Positions 17,801 through 25,216 of a DNA stretch of 44,131 bases are shown one piece after another (position 1 is the first letter of the stretch; each line of letters begins with the position of its first letter). Source of the stretch: Candidatus Peregrinibacteria bacterium CG_4_9_14_0_2_um_filter_41_14 (lineage in GTDB: Bacteria > Patescibacteriota > Gracilibacteria > UBA1369 > UM-FILTER-41-14); assembly GCA_002788755.1 (NCBI GenBank), contig PFRW01000051.1:1-44131 (forward strand), in the 5' to 3' direction. Both the position numbers and the translations under genes were made by a program. The notes under the pieces are model-generated. The model ran no database searches. It was given only the letters and a program-made list of their open reading frames with translations, and was not told where the DNA came from.

Positions 17801-20130
17801 TACTCATACTTTTTACGTGTAACTTTACCAACGTAATCATAATATTCCCCAGCCAACACCCGGTCATACCGTGAACCTTCCACATTCACTACCACACTTA
17901 CATTGGCTGCTGACCCAACAATAATATCCTCCAAATCAGGGATAGAAAGTGCATTGCGATCTACCTTATTTAAATCAATTTTCGCTATATTCAAAGCAAA
18001 ACCATCTTGATCAAATTCAACATTTTCCACCGCTTCGCGGCCCTGATAAACAACAATATCCAATGAGTCAGCAATATAGCCCAATTCTTCACTAACAGTC
18101 GTTACAGTATGCCGATCACCTCCCACTAAACCGGACATACGATAAGCCTCCTCATCCGGAGACAACTTAACTGTCACCTTGCCCAAGTCATCAGTTGTAT
18201 AAACATTATTATCCAATTTAATCTTTGTTTGCGGAACAGGTGTACCGTCAAAGAAATTGGCTTTAACCTCCAAATTTACATCTTCATCATAATAATACAA
18301 ATACTTATCAGCCTGTAAATCCAAACCATATGCCGGCTTCACATAATCTTCAATCGCAATCCCCTCCGTCATTAACCAATTATCATCTTGATACACCGCT
18401 AATGTGTAATACTGATTAGGATTCAAATTGGCAAAACTAAATTCGCCACTAAAGGAACCGGTACCATCAAGTTCAATTCCCTGCTTTGCCAAAATCTTAC
18501 TGACATCGGCAGGTTTGGTTCTTGCACCAAAATAATCATCTACCAAAATCACTTCCGCTTTTCCCCTCAGCTTACTGAATCGCCCTTGTAAAAAGCCGGA
18601 GAACTTTACCGTATCGGTAGGCTTATAAACAGTACGATCAGTCATAAATAAATTCCAACTATCTTCACCAATCGCTTTGGAATCCAAACTATACTGCGGT
18701 ACATAATATGTAGTCATCGCCTCTGTTTCAACCACTACACCGGAATCATTGGCAATCTTATAATTAAACAAAGCAACACCGTCCTTTCCGGTTTTAATAA
18801 CATCTTTATCCACAGATACTTTTGCCCCCACCACCGGTTTACCGGTAGCAATATCATTAACCCAAACCAACGAGGCCGATTCGGTAATATCGATGTAAGT
18901 AGCCGTATTTGTCACCTGCAAGAAAGCCTGCCCCACTCCACCGGCACTTGCCAATTTTATCAAAAAATAACCAGCCGGCAGCTTGTCCGGAAATCCAATC
19001 TGATAACGCCCATTAACCAATCTTGCTTCGTATTCTTCCAAATCAACAATTTTAGTTAAGTTAGTCGTACCACTCTTATAATTCCTACTTTGATAAGAAG
19101 TCCAACTTGGTGCATTTTTTACATAATTAAGACGTTCGTTCAAAAAGGCGTCTCCACTCGGATATTGATAAACAGTAAGCGCAACATTAGCAATATCCTG
19201 CTCATTATTTGCAGAATCATAAAACTCTATCCCCTGATTATCCAATGGTGAAAACTCATAAAGACTCCGCATTATAGAGAAATAACTCTCCCTATCAGCC
19301 CCCCTACCTGTTTCAAATTCAAAACTATATTCACCAAGCTCCCGACCCTTAATTGTCACGGTATAAATGGACATTGGCGCTAAGCTTTCATCAGGCACAA
19401 ACAACATTGTCTTACCTCGATTTTCAAAACGCCCAGCAACAACCGGACTAATACTAAACATTTTTTTATAATCATCAACAGTCAAACCAGCATGTGAAAA
19501 AGTAATCTCAATCCCCGAATTAATTGGTGCATTTATCCCATACTTACCAGGTACGGTGGAAGTAACACGCAACCCATCATTAATCTGAAACGCCCACTGC
19601 AACTGTTGATCCGCCAAGGCCAACTGATAAATCTCTCCCGGCTGTAGCTCAGTTTTTGGCTTAATAGTGATCTCATTGGTACTTACCTTTTCAAGATCAA
19701 ACTCCGTTAGTGGTGCAAATGTTAAATTAGCTTGAATACTACTCACATCCAGATCGATTGTCTTGCTTGTTAATTTAAATCCTGAATCAACCGCCACAGC
19801 ACCGTTAACTTCCGTCACAGGTGTAATTTTGTACTCATCGTAAGCACTGGCAACATCAATCAAGTTTGGCAAAAGAATCAAGTTTCCGCCCGGCGCCAAA
19901 AACTGTGTCACAACTGCAATAAGCACTACTACCGCCGTAACCGGAGCCAACCATTTAAATGTCAGCCAATTACGCTTAACGCCAACATGCGAGACTTGTT
20001 CAGCCTTTTCAAGTAACCGCGCCCGTAAAGTCTGTTTAAAATACTGCTGCTTATCAACATCTATCTGTTTTTTAAATTTATTAGCCATATTTTTGAGAGT
20101 TTGTTGAAGTTTATTAAACGAATTAGTCAT
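14809..20130 (-). CDS. Membrane-anchored alpha-2-macroglobulin-family protein with Ig-like domains, an internal Hint domain and no CxEQ thioester
   Basis: MG2-like FMTDRTVYKPTDTV and EDYVKP, YAPSD...LVDEA, A2M core RSDFKDTAYF...TDSSGKA...LPDNITEWR, C-terminal GDIVKV...DILPSGL...YYARVVNPGEFVTEPA. TM helix at about aa 60-79. Confidence 0.92.
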   Translation of the reverse strand: MTNSFNKLQQTLKNMANKFKKQIDVDKQQYFKQTLRARLLEKAEQVSHVGVKRNWLTFKWLAPVTAVVVLIAVVTQFLAPGGNLILLPNLIDVASAYDEYKITPVTEVNGAVAVDSGFKLTSKTIDLDVSSIQANLTFAPLTEFDLEKVSTNEITIKPKTELQPGEIYQLALADQQLQWAFQINDGLRVTSTVPGKYGINAPINSGIEITFSHAGLTVDDYKKMFSISPVVAGRFENRGKTMLFVPDESLAPMSIYTVTIKGRELGEYSFEFETGRGADRESYFSIMRSLYEFSPLDNQGIEFYDSANNEQDIANVALTVYQYPSGDAFLNERLNYVKNAPSWTSYQSRNYKSGTTNLTKIVDLEEYEARLVNGRYQIGFPDKLPAGYFLIKLASAGGVGQAFLQVTNTATYIDITESASLVWVNDIATGKPVVGAKVSVDKDVIKTGKDGVALFNYKIANDSGVVVETEAMTTYYVPQYSLDSKAIGEDSWNLFMTDRTVYKPTDTVKFSGFLQGRFSKLRGKAEVILVDDYFGARTKPADVSKILAKQGIELDGTGSFSGEFSFANLNPNQYYTLAVYQDDNWLMTEGIAIEDYVKPAYGLDLQADKYLYYYDEDVNLEVKANFFDGTPVPQTKIKLDNNVYTTDDLGKVTVKLSPDEEAYRMSGLVGGDRHTVTTVSEELGYIADSLDIVVYQGREAVENVEFDQDGFALNIAKIDLNKVDRNALSIPDLEDIIVGSAANVSVVVNVEGSRYDRVLAGEYYDYVGKVTRKKYEYKKRTNSVMKNTFVSDANGEIDFKFDAPLDSDFNYTLSYVVKSGRDYQGSKFLNLGTTSTDSDYYSLEATDGRDWNQFNYKIGETVSLTAVGPKSANTAYLFMNKQVGGLNYKLQSDANYEFKFGKEDVPNVYASMMVFNGRHYSRSTTIDIGLDTSDRELTVNAKATKAEYAPSDEADIEVEVKDANTGKPVAANLTVRLVDEAYYALFSEALTDPLGAIYKHLYLDGSYSYLSHTQIDDVSGEKGGCFLAGTKVLMADGSYKVIEDVQIDDQVKTRASEWDSTLVNGRVTGLHQTNVDEYLVINERINVTGVHVVWVNNQWQLAAKIKVGDRLVTSDGEEVLVNSVELKREFVTVYNFEVEQYHTYFAEGVYVHNDKGGRSDFKDTAYFASVNTDSSGKATLKVKLPDNITEWRLSVVAISGGDVVRVGRAVAPVVVTQDLFALPVISADYNVGDKPQIPVRAFGKILAVTDKVDFEMIAKTLGYNESKTGKAFSNSYFALPLKLGEHVISTVVKAKGKSDKIELPIEVVDSRFKVAAQAVVQVTEGMPFAAQQYDGRVNLTFVNQELGKLYPLLSRSLYNNVDRADYVAGQYVAGELLNEYYKRGLLKVDTPVLVYQEAKNKGGISLFAYSDASLEATTKLAILAPALWNQEEMKIYFNSVLSNKNQLVEKLQALAGLAGLKESVLVDLDYLVANQKLNKFDEQLWVAVAYAKVGAKSKAADWFRQAVVSFNAQEFVVPEDAVAAETMLAYVASELNSDQRDRLWQHAYATSSEFVASQNDSVLLEQLIYTKSRLGKGFTEAIEFKVNSKKVKLVGNQTYEMNLLPKEIASLKVSDIKGDLVAVTDYAQKVAYADVKQADVLKIKRSYWVDGKQTTAFSKGDIVKVVFDVNVGDHEGSYVIGDILPSGLKVLPVVNYAEWSQGRLYLNYQLGQNVRASIFCVIGDNSCNDHDYYYYARVVNPGEFVTEPATLQNLKDKEQIVLSGTDKGVVQIR
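16672..17058 (-). other. Hint (intein-like/BIL) autoprocessing domain, 129 aa, inside the A2M (residues 1025-1153)
   Basis: Block A CFLAGTKVLMADG, block B VTGVH (TxxH), block F/G VYNFEVEQYHTYFAEGVYVHN. No endonuclease domain. The +1 residue is Asp. Confidence 0.95.
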
Positions 20131-20694
20131 TGTAAATTGGGGTTAGATGCTTAGATAACCGTTTTAAAGCCCGGTTAAGCTTAACTCCCACATTACTTGT
20201 GGAAGTATTAAGAACATTAGCAATATCTTCATAAGAAAGTTCTTCAAAATAACGAAGCGTTAAAACGTCTTGATCTCGGACTTTAAGCGCCGTAAAAGCC
20301 ACCGATACCTGTAAAATATCTTGCGCACGCTCTTCCTGTAGCTCTTCCGTTTTTAGTGAATGATCAGCTGCATCCGCAGACCAATCAAACTGTTGCATTT
20401 TTTCCTTATACGCCATTTCCGACTTTTACTCCTAAAATGCTGCCGTAATTCGTTCAGCGCAATTTTATACAGCCACGCAATAAAAGGCTTGCCGGTCCAT
20501 GTATAACCATCAAGCTTATTTAAGGCTATCAAAAAAGTTTCAGCTGTTAAATCTTCAGCCAAACCCACTTCGCCCAATCGCGTCAGCAAATATCGATAGA
20601 TTGCATCAAAGTACAAATCGTACAAAGCAACAAATTTGGTTTTATCAACCTTGGCCGCTGCTACCAATTCCTCCACATTAATTTCATTTTCCAT
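20123..20694 (-). pseudogene. ECF sigma-70 factor split across two frames (sigma2 part 20694-20353, sigma4 part 20416-20123)
   Basis: Upstream ORF has LYDLYFDAIYRY...AEDLTAETF...FIAWLYKIALN (region 2). Downstream ORF has VLTLRYFEELSYEDIANVLN.S.SNVGVKLNRALKRL (region 4). Adding one base near 20419 gives a 190-aa ECF. Confidence 0.85.
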
Positions 20695-20706
20695 TGCCAA
20701 TATTAA

Positions 20707-20735
20707 AGGGCTTTACAACTATAATGCAAAGCCCT
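20707..20735 (-). terminator. Hairpin after glnA, likely terminator
   Basis: Minus strand AGGGCTTTGCA-N7-TGTAAAGCCCT (11 bp, one G-U) followed by TTAATATT. Confidence 0.6.
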
Positions 20736-20748
20736 CCATTTTATTACA
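20723..20748 (-). promoter_or_regulatory. Candidate autoregulatory ECF-type promoter
   Basis: TGTAAT-N16-CATT about 30 nt upstream of the ECF ATG. Resembles the TGnAAC-N16-CGTy layout of ECF promoters. Confidence 0.35.
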
Positions 20749-20752
20749 CTTT

Positions 20753-22090
20753 TTAATAAAACTCCAAATACCGATCTCGCTCCCACTGTGTAACTTGCAT
20801 GCGATAATCATTCCATTCAGCCGTTTTAGCAGCATAATAAACCTTAAACGAATGCTCCCCCACTGCAGCTCTAATTACCGGATTATCACGCAATTCATCA
20901 ATCGCCTCTTTTAAGGTTGATGCCACAAAACCAATACCACGTTTTTCCAATTCCTTCGGACTAAAATCAAAAATATCTTCTTCCACCGGTTCCGGTGCCT
21001 CCATTTGTTTTTCAATCCCATCCAAACCGGCTGCCAACATTACCGCAAAAGCCAAATACGGATTTGCCGTTGGATCCGGACATCTTAGCTCACAACGCAC
21101 AGCCTGATCTTTACCGGGTGTAATTCGTGGAATTCTAATTAAAGCTGATCGATTGCGCGTTGCCCAAGCCACATTTACCGGTGCTTCATAACCAACCACT
21201 AACCGTTTATAAGAATTAACCAACGGATTCATAATCGCATTCATTGCCTTAATATGAAACATTTGCCCGGCAATAAACTGCTTAGCCAACAACGACAATT
21301 TGTGTGTATCTGCTCCATCAAAAAAGACATTTTTCCCTTCACTAAAAAACGACTGATGCACGTGCATCCCCGAGCCATTAATTTTAGCCACCGGCTTTGG
21401 CATAAAAGTAGCATGCAAACCTCGCTTAGAAGCAACCGACTTTAAGACATGCTTAAACGTTAAGGCGTTGTCTGCAGTGGCAACGGCCAAACCATACTTA
21501 AAATTAATTTCGTGCTGCCCCTCAGCAACCTCATGATGCAACGCTTCTACATCCACCCCCATCTCCTGTAACGCATGTGTCATCTCACATCGAACCTCGG
21601 CTGCCAAATCCAAATCTTGATCAAAATACCCACCTTTATCGTGCGGTAAAGTCTGGAGCTCACCATCACCATTACGAGCAAACAAAAAGAACTCCAATTC
21701 CGGCCCTACATAATAATCAAAGCCCAACCTTGCAGCCCGTTCCACCTGCTTTTGCAAAATATAACGTGGGTCACCTTCAAAACGTGATCCATCCGGCATA
21801 TACACATCACAAATAAACCGAGCAGTCACATTATTTGTTTTCTTTGTCCAAGGCAAAATCGCAAATGTAGTCAAATCCGGCTTTAAATACATGTCACTCT
21901 CAAAAATCCGCGTAAACCCTTGAATACTCGATCCATCAAACCAAACATGATCCTCCAGCGCATCCGCCAACTTAGAAACAGGAATCGTCACCGCTTTCAA
22001 CATCCCATGCAAATCCGAAAATTGCAGATCGATAAACTGCACCCCCTGCGCCCTACTCTTTTCTAAAACTTCTTGTTTCGAATATGTCAT
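20753..22090 (-). CDS. glnA: Glutamine synthetase type I (GSI-alpha-like)
   Basis: FDGSSIQGF, GPELEFF, HHEVAEGQHEI, ATFMPKP...NGSGMHVHQS, NRSALIRIP, ELRCPDP.ANPY. Phe at the adenylylation-Tyr position (EEDIFD). Start moved to ATG at 22090. Confidence 0.97.
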   Translation of the reverse strand: MTYSKQEVLEKSRAQGVQFIDLQFSDLHGMLKAVTIPVSKLADALEDHVWFDGSSIQGFTRIFESDMYLKPDLTTFAILPWTKKTNNVTARFICDVYMPDGSRFEGDPRYILQKQVERAARLGFDYYVGPELEFFLFARNGDGELQTLPHDKGGYFDQDLDLAAEVRCEMTHALQEMGVDVEALHHEVAEGQHEINFKYGLAVATADNALTFKHVLKSVASKRGLHATFMPKPVAKINGSGMHVHQSFFSEGKNVFFDGADTHKLSLLAKQFIAGQMFHIKAMNAIMNPLVNSYKRLVVGYEAPVNVAWATRNRSALIRIPRITPGKDQAVRCELRCPDPTANPYLAFAVMLAAGLDGIEKQMEAPEPVEEDIFDFSPKELEKRGIGFVASTLKEAIDELRDNPVIRAAVGEHSFKVYYAAKTAEWNDYRMQVTQWERDRYLEFY

Positions 22091-22217
22091 ACAAGCAAAA
22101 TTAAAAAATGAACACCTATCATATAGACGATTCTCCCCCGCGCTGTAAATATTGACAATTAAGCCGATCTGCAAGCGTCTAAAAAGCCAACAGCACCCAA
22201 AAAGTCGATCCTTCCTA

Positions 22218-22246
22218 TTGCTTCGCTTTTTAACAACTCATACACT
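22218..22246 (+). promoter_or_regulatory. Sigma-70-type promoter of the TrmB-like gene
   Basis: TTGCTT-N17-TACACT, 33 nt upstream of the ATG at 22280. Confidence 0.55.
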
Positions 22247-22262
22247 GTAGAAGATTTCTACA
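22246..22262. promoter_or_regulatory. Palindromic operator candidate
   Basis: TGTAGAA-GAT-TTCTACA, perfect 7-bp arms, lying over the predicted transcription start. Confidence 0.55.
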
Positions 22263-22279
22263 ACATAATTAAAATTGAC

Positions 22280-22999
22280 ATGATCAAAGAAATTACCGCC
22301 AATACCAACATGACCGACAAAGAAGCCCGCCTCTACATTGCCTGCCTCCAAAGCGGCCAAAGCACAATCACCCCCATTGCCAAACAAGCCCGCCTAAACC
22401 GCGTTAGTGCCTATTCCATTGCCGAAAAACTCATTGCCAAAGGCTATTTTACCACCAGCCGCAAAGGCAAAATCACCTATTTTGATGCCACCAACCCCCA
22501 AGACATTTACGAATCAATCAACCAACGCACCCAAAAACTCAAACAAATCCTCCCCGACCTACGCCGCCTCCACAAAAACGCCGACCACCCCAACATCCGC
22601 TACTTTGAAGGCATCGACGGCGTTAAAGCCCTTTACCTAGACTCCCTTAACAGCTCCACCGAAATCCTCAACTACGCCAACTCCGAAGACCTCCGCAACT
22701 TCTGGCCCAACTACGACGAAGAGTACGTCCTTAAACGCGCCAACAAAAAAATCTACCTCCGCGGCTTCGCCCCAAACGACACCTACGGCCAACGCGTCCA
22801 CGACACCGACAAAACCTACTACCGCCACATCAAACTCCTCCCCCCCCAAAAAGCCCTCTTTCACAATGAAACCAACATCTACGACGACAAAATCTCCCTA
22901 GTCTCCTTCAAAGACCGCCCCATGGGCATCATCATTCAAAACCAAGAGTTGGCGGATACGCAGAGGTCTATTTTTGAGTTGTTGTGGGAGTTGGTTTAG
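22280..22999 (+). CDS. TrmB-family transcriptional regulator
   Basis: wHTH (MTDKEARLYIACL...IAKQARLNRVSAY...L..KG), PNIRYFEGIDGVK, C-terminal NIYDDKISLVSF...GIIIQ..LADTQRSIFELLW. Confidence 0.88.
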   Translation: MIKEITANTNMTDKEARLYIACLQSGQSTITPIAKQARLNRVSAYSIAEKLIAKGYFTTSRKGKITYFDATNPQDIYESINQRTQKLKQILPDLRRLHKNADHPNIRYFEGIDGVKALYLDSLNSSTEILNYANSEDLRNFWPNYDEEYVLKRANKKIYLRGFAPNDTYGQRVHDTDKTYYRHIKLLPPQKALFHNETNIYDDKISLVSFKDRPMGIIIQNQELADTQRSIFELLWELV

Positions 23000-23802
23000 C
23001 CTCCCCAATTCTCCTCAATAAACCCCGCGCGCCCCGACCCCGCCTTATACCTTTGGTAATAAGCCGCCTGCTTTTGGGCAAAATTTTGATGGTTGGCTTC
23101 CGCTTTAAAAAAAGTTGTAAACGGTAAAATCTTGGTTGCAATTGGCGCACTAAATTTGCCGCTTTCCGGCACCGCATCTCGCGTTTTTTCCGCAATCTGT
23201 TTTTGCTCTTCATTACGATAAAAAATAGCCGTTGTATAATGATGACCGCGATCCGCAAACTGGCCCCCGGCATCGGTTGGGTCTATTTGACGCCAAAATA
23301 AATTTAAGACCTCCTCATAGTTTGTTTGCTTTGGATCAAAATAAACCTGCACCGCCTCACGATGCTCCGTTAGTCCACGCGCCACTTTGTCATATTGAGC
23401 CGTCTCCTCTGTACCACCGGCATAACCGGAAATTGCTGCATACACACCATCCATCTGATCAAAAGGCGCTTCTATACACCAAAAACAGCCGCCGGCCAAA
23501 GTTACAATCTCGGCATCAGCCGGAATATTTTCATCACTAATATCGGCAGCTACATCAATTTTTAAAACAATCTTAATCTCGGAGTCCCCCTCTGCCCAAA
23601 TCACACCACTTGTATATTCAACATCGTCTTTTGTTAGTTGATACTTAAATTTTGCCAACTCTTTGCTATACTCCGACTCATCACAACCACTGCTAACCGG
23701 CCACACTGCCATTACCCGTGGTGGCAAACCACCTACACTAAGATAACGACGAATATCGTAATTTTCTGCCTGTTTTATAACTGTATAATTCGATTTTTCC
23801 AT
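22996..23802 (-). CDS. msrA: Peptide-methionine (S)-S-oxide reductase with a roughly 95-aa N-terminal extension
   Basis: AGGCFWC, SGYAGG, HREAVQV.FDP, DPTD.GGQF.DRG..Y, F.KAE..HQ. Confidence 0.93.
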   Translation of the reverse strand: MEKSNYTVIKQAENYDIRRYLSVGGLPPRVMAVWPVSSGCDESEYSKELAKFKYQLTKDDVEYTSGVIWAEGDSEIKIVLKIDVAADISDENIPADAEIVTLAGGCFWCIEAPFDQMDGVYAAISGYAGGTEETAQYDKVARGLTEHREAVQVYFDPKQTNYEEVLNLFWRQIDPTDAGGQFADRGHHYTTAIFYRNEEQKQIAEKTRDAVPESGKFSAPIATKILPFTTFFKAEANHQNFAQKQAAYYQRYKAGSGRAGFIEENWGG

Positions 23803-23805
23803 ATA

Positions 23806-23833
23806 TTGACGACTAAAATATTACTGATATCCT
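23806..23833 (+). promoter_or_regulatory. Sigma-70-type promoter of the aminotransferase
   Basis: TTGACG-N16-TATCCT with an extended TGn -10. Supports a start at 23860. Confidence 0.5.
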
Positions 23834-23859
23834 ACATTCAGACATCTAAAAAATCAAAC

Positions 23860-25188
23860 ATGCGCACAACCCCAACAGCTCACCCAAATACCGAGTTACT
23901 TGTTTATGGAATCCGTGAAATTGTTGATGTAGCAAACAAAATCAAGGGGCTAGATCCTGCGCTGGAACTAACCTGGGAAAACATTGGCGACCCTGTTGCC
24001 AAAGGCTGGTCCGTCCCTCAATTTTTAAAAGAGATCCTAACCGAAGAAATTCACCGCGCCGACAACCGCAGTTTTGCGTACACGCACTCCCGCGGGAATA
24101 TCGAAACTCGCAAATGGGCCGTTACCTATGCCAAACAATTTTGCCCATCATCTACCTTAGACTACGAAGACATCCTCTTTACCAACGGCCTTGGCTCCGG
24201 CATCGCCATGCTTTACCAAATGGTCGCCCCCGGCAAACGCATTTTGCAACCATCACCCACCTATCCTACCCATGCCTCATTTGAATCATTCTGCTCCGGC
24301 AATGCCCCCATCTTTTACAAACTCGACCCCGAAAAAGGCTGGGCCCCCGACATTGCCGACATCGAAGCCCAACTCCAAAACCACCCCGACATTGTGGGCA
24401 TAACAGTCATCAACCCCAACAACCCCACCGGCACCATCTACAGCCAAGAAACATTAGAAGCAATCACCCGCCTGGCCGAAAAATACAACGTCATGATCAT
24501 CTCCGACGAAATCTACTTCCGCATGGTCTTCCCCGGCCACACACACGTACACATGGCCGAACTTGCCCACGCCCGCGTCCCCCTAATTGTGTTACGCGGA
24601 TTATCCAAAGACATCCCTTGGCCCGGCGGCCGCTGCGGCTGGCTCGAATTCCACAACACCGACCTCGACCCCGCCTTTAAAGACTACTGCGAAGCCGTCA
24701 AAAAACGCGTTCTCTTAGAAGTCTGCGCCTCCACCCTCCCCCAAATGGTCATACCAACCGTTTACAATCATCCCGAATTTAACGCCTGGAACCAACAATA
24801 CAGCACCGAACTCCAAACCGTAGCCGACTCTATTGCCGACACCCTCAACCAAATTCCCGAACTAACCGTCAACAAAACCCTAGGCGCCTTTTACCTCATG
24901 CCCCGCTTTAAACAAGGCTCCCTCAACAACCGCCAAACCCTCCCCATCACCAATCCGCAAGTAAAAGCCTACATCGAACAAGCCGTCGCCACCCCAAACC
25001 TAGCCGACGACAAACGCTTCACCTACTACATCCTCGCCAACACCGGCATTGTCTGCGTCCCCGCCTCCGACTTCTTCAGCCCCTACCCCGGCTTCCGCCT
25101 CACCACCCTAAGCCGCAACCCGGAAGAACGGAAAAAGACTTATGAAAGGTTTGCGGAAGCGACAAAGGCGTATTTGGGGTCGGGGTAG
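23860..25188 (+). CDS. PLP-dependent aminotransferase class I/II (Ala/Asp aminotransferase-like)
   Basis: ENIGDP, INPNNPTG, SDEIY, GLSK...PGGRCGW (PLP Lys), GAFY, FRLT. Confidence 0.92.
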   Translation: MRTTPTAHPNTELLVYGIREIVDVANKIKGLDPALELTWENIGDPVAKGWSVPQFLKEILTEEIHRADNRSFAYTHSRGNIETRKWAVTYAKQFCPSSTLDYEDILFTNGLGSGIAMLYQMVAPGKRILQPSPTYPTHASFESFCSGNAPIFYKLDPEKGWAPDIADIEAQLQNHPDIVGITVINPNNPTGTIYSQETLEAITRLAEKYNVMIISDEIYFRMVFPGHTHVHMAELAHARVPLIVLRGLSKDIPWPGGRCGWLEFHNTDLDPAFKDYCEAVKKRVLLEVCASTLPQMVIPTVYNHPEFNAWNQQYSTELQTVADSIADTLNQIPELTVNKTLGAFYLMPRFKQGSLNNRQTLPITNPQVKAYIEQAVATPNLADDKRFTYYILANTGIVCVPASDFFSPYPGFRLTTLSRNPEERKKTYERFAEATKAYLGSG

Positions 25189-25216
25189 GGGGGACTCAAA
25201 TACGCCAATATAATCA

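Noticed and set aside
18806-18814. Perfect DnaA box TTATCCACA
   Set aside because: A single copy inside the A2M coding sequence, with no cluster or unwinding element.
20398-20405. Canonical programmed -1 ribosomal slippery heptamer
   Set aside because: G_AAA_AAA is not a full X_XXY_YYZ site, the SD-like AGGAG is too far upstream, and no downstream stimulator was evident. Kept only as a minor option.
22091-22200. glnA (glutamine) riboswitch or exact GlnR/TnrA box
   Set aside because: The riboswitch consensus was not recognised, and the TGT..ACA palindrome here is 14 bp, not the 17-bp GlnR/TnrA spacing.
23638-23859. Long N-terminal extensions in the ORF track (aminotransferase; likewise truB, holA, glnA, rseP and the 26311 ORF)
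   Set aside because: They overlap neighbouring genes, promoters or terminators, or precede the recognisable domain. Downstream ATGs fit better.
25176-25193. G-quadruplex
   Set aside because: Only three G-tracts; better explained as part of the local G-rich flip.
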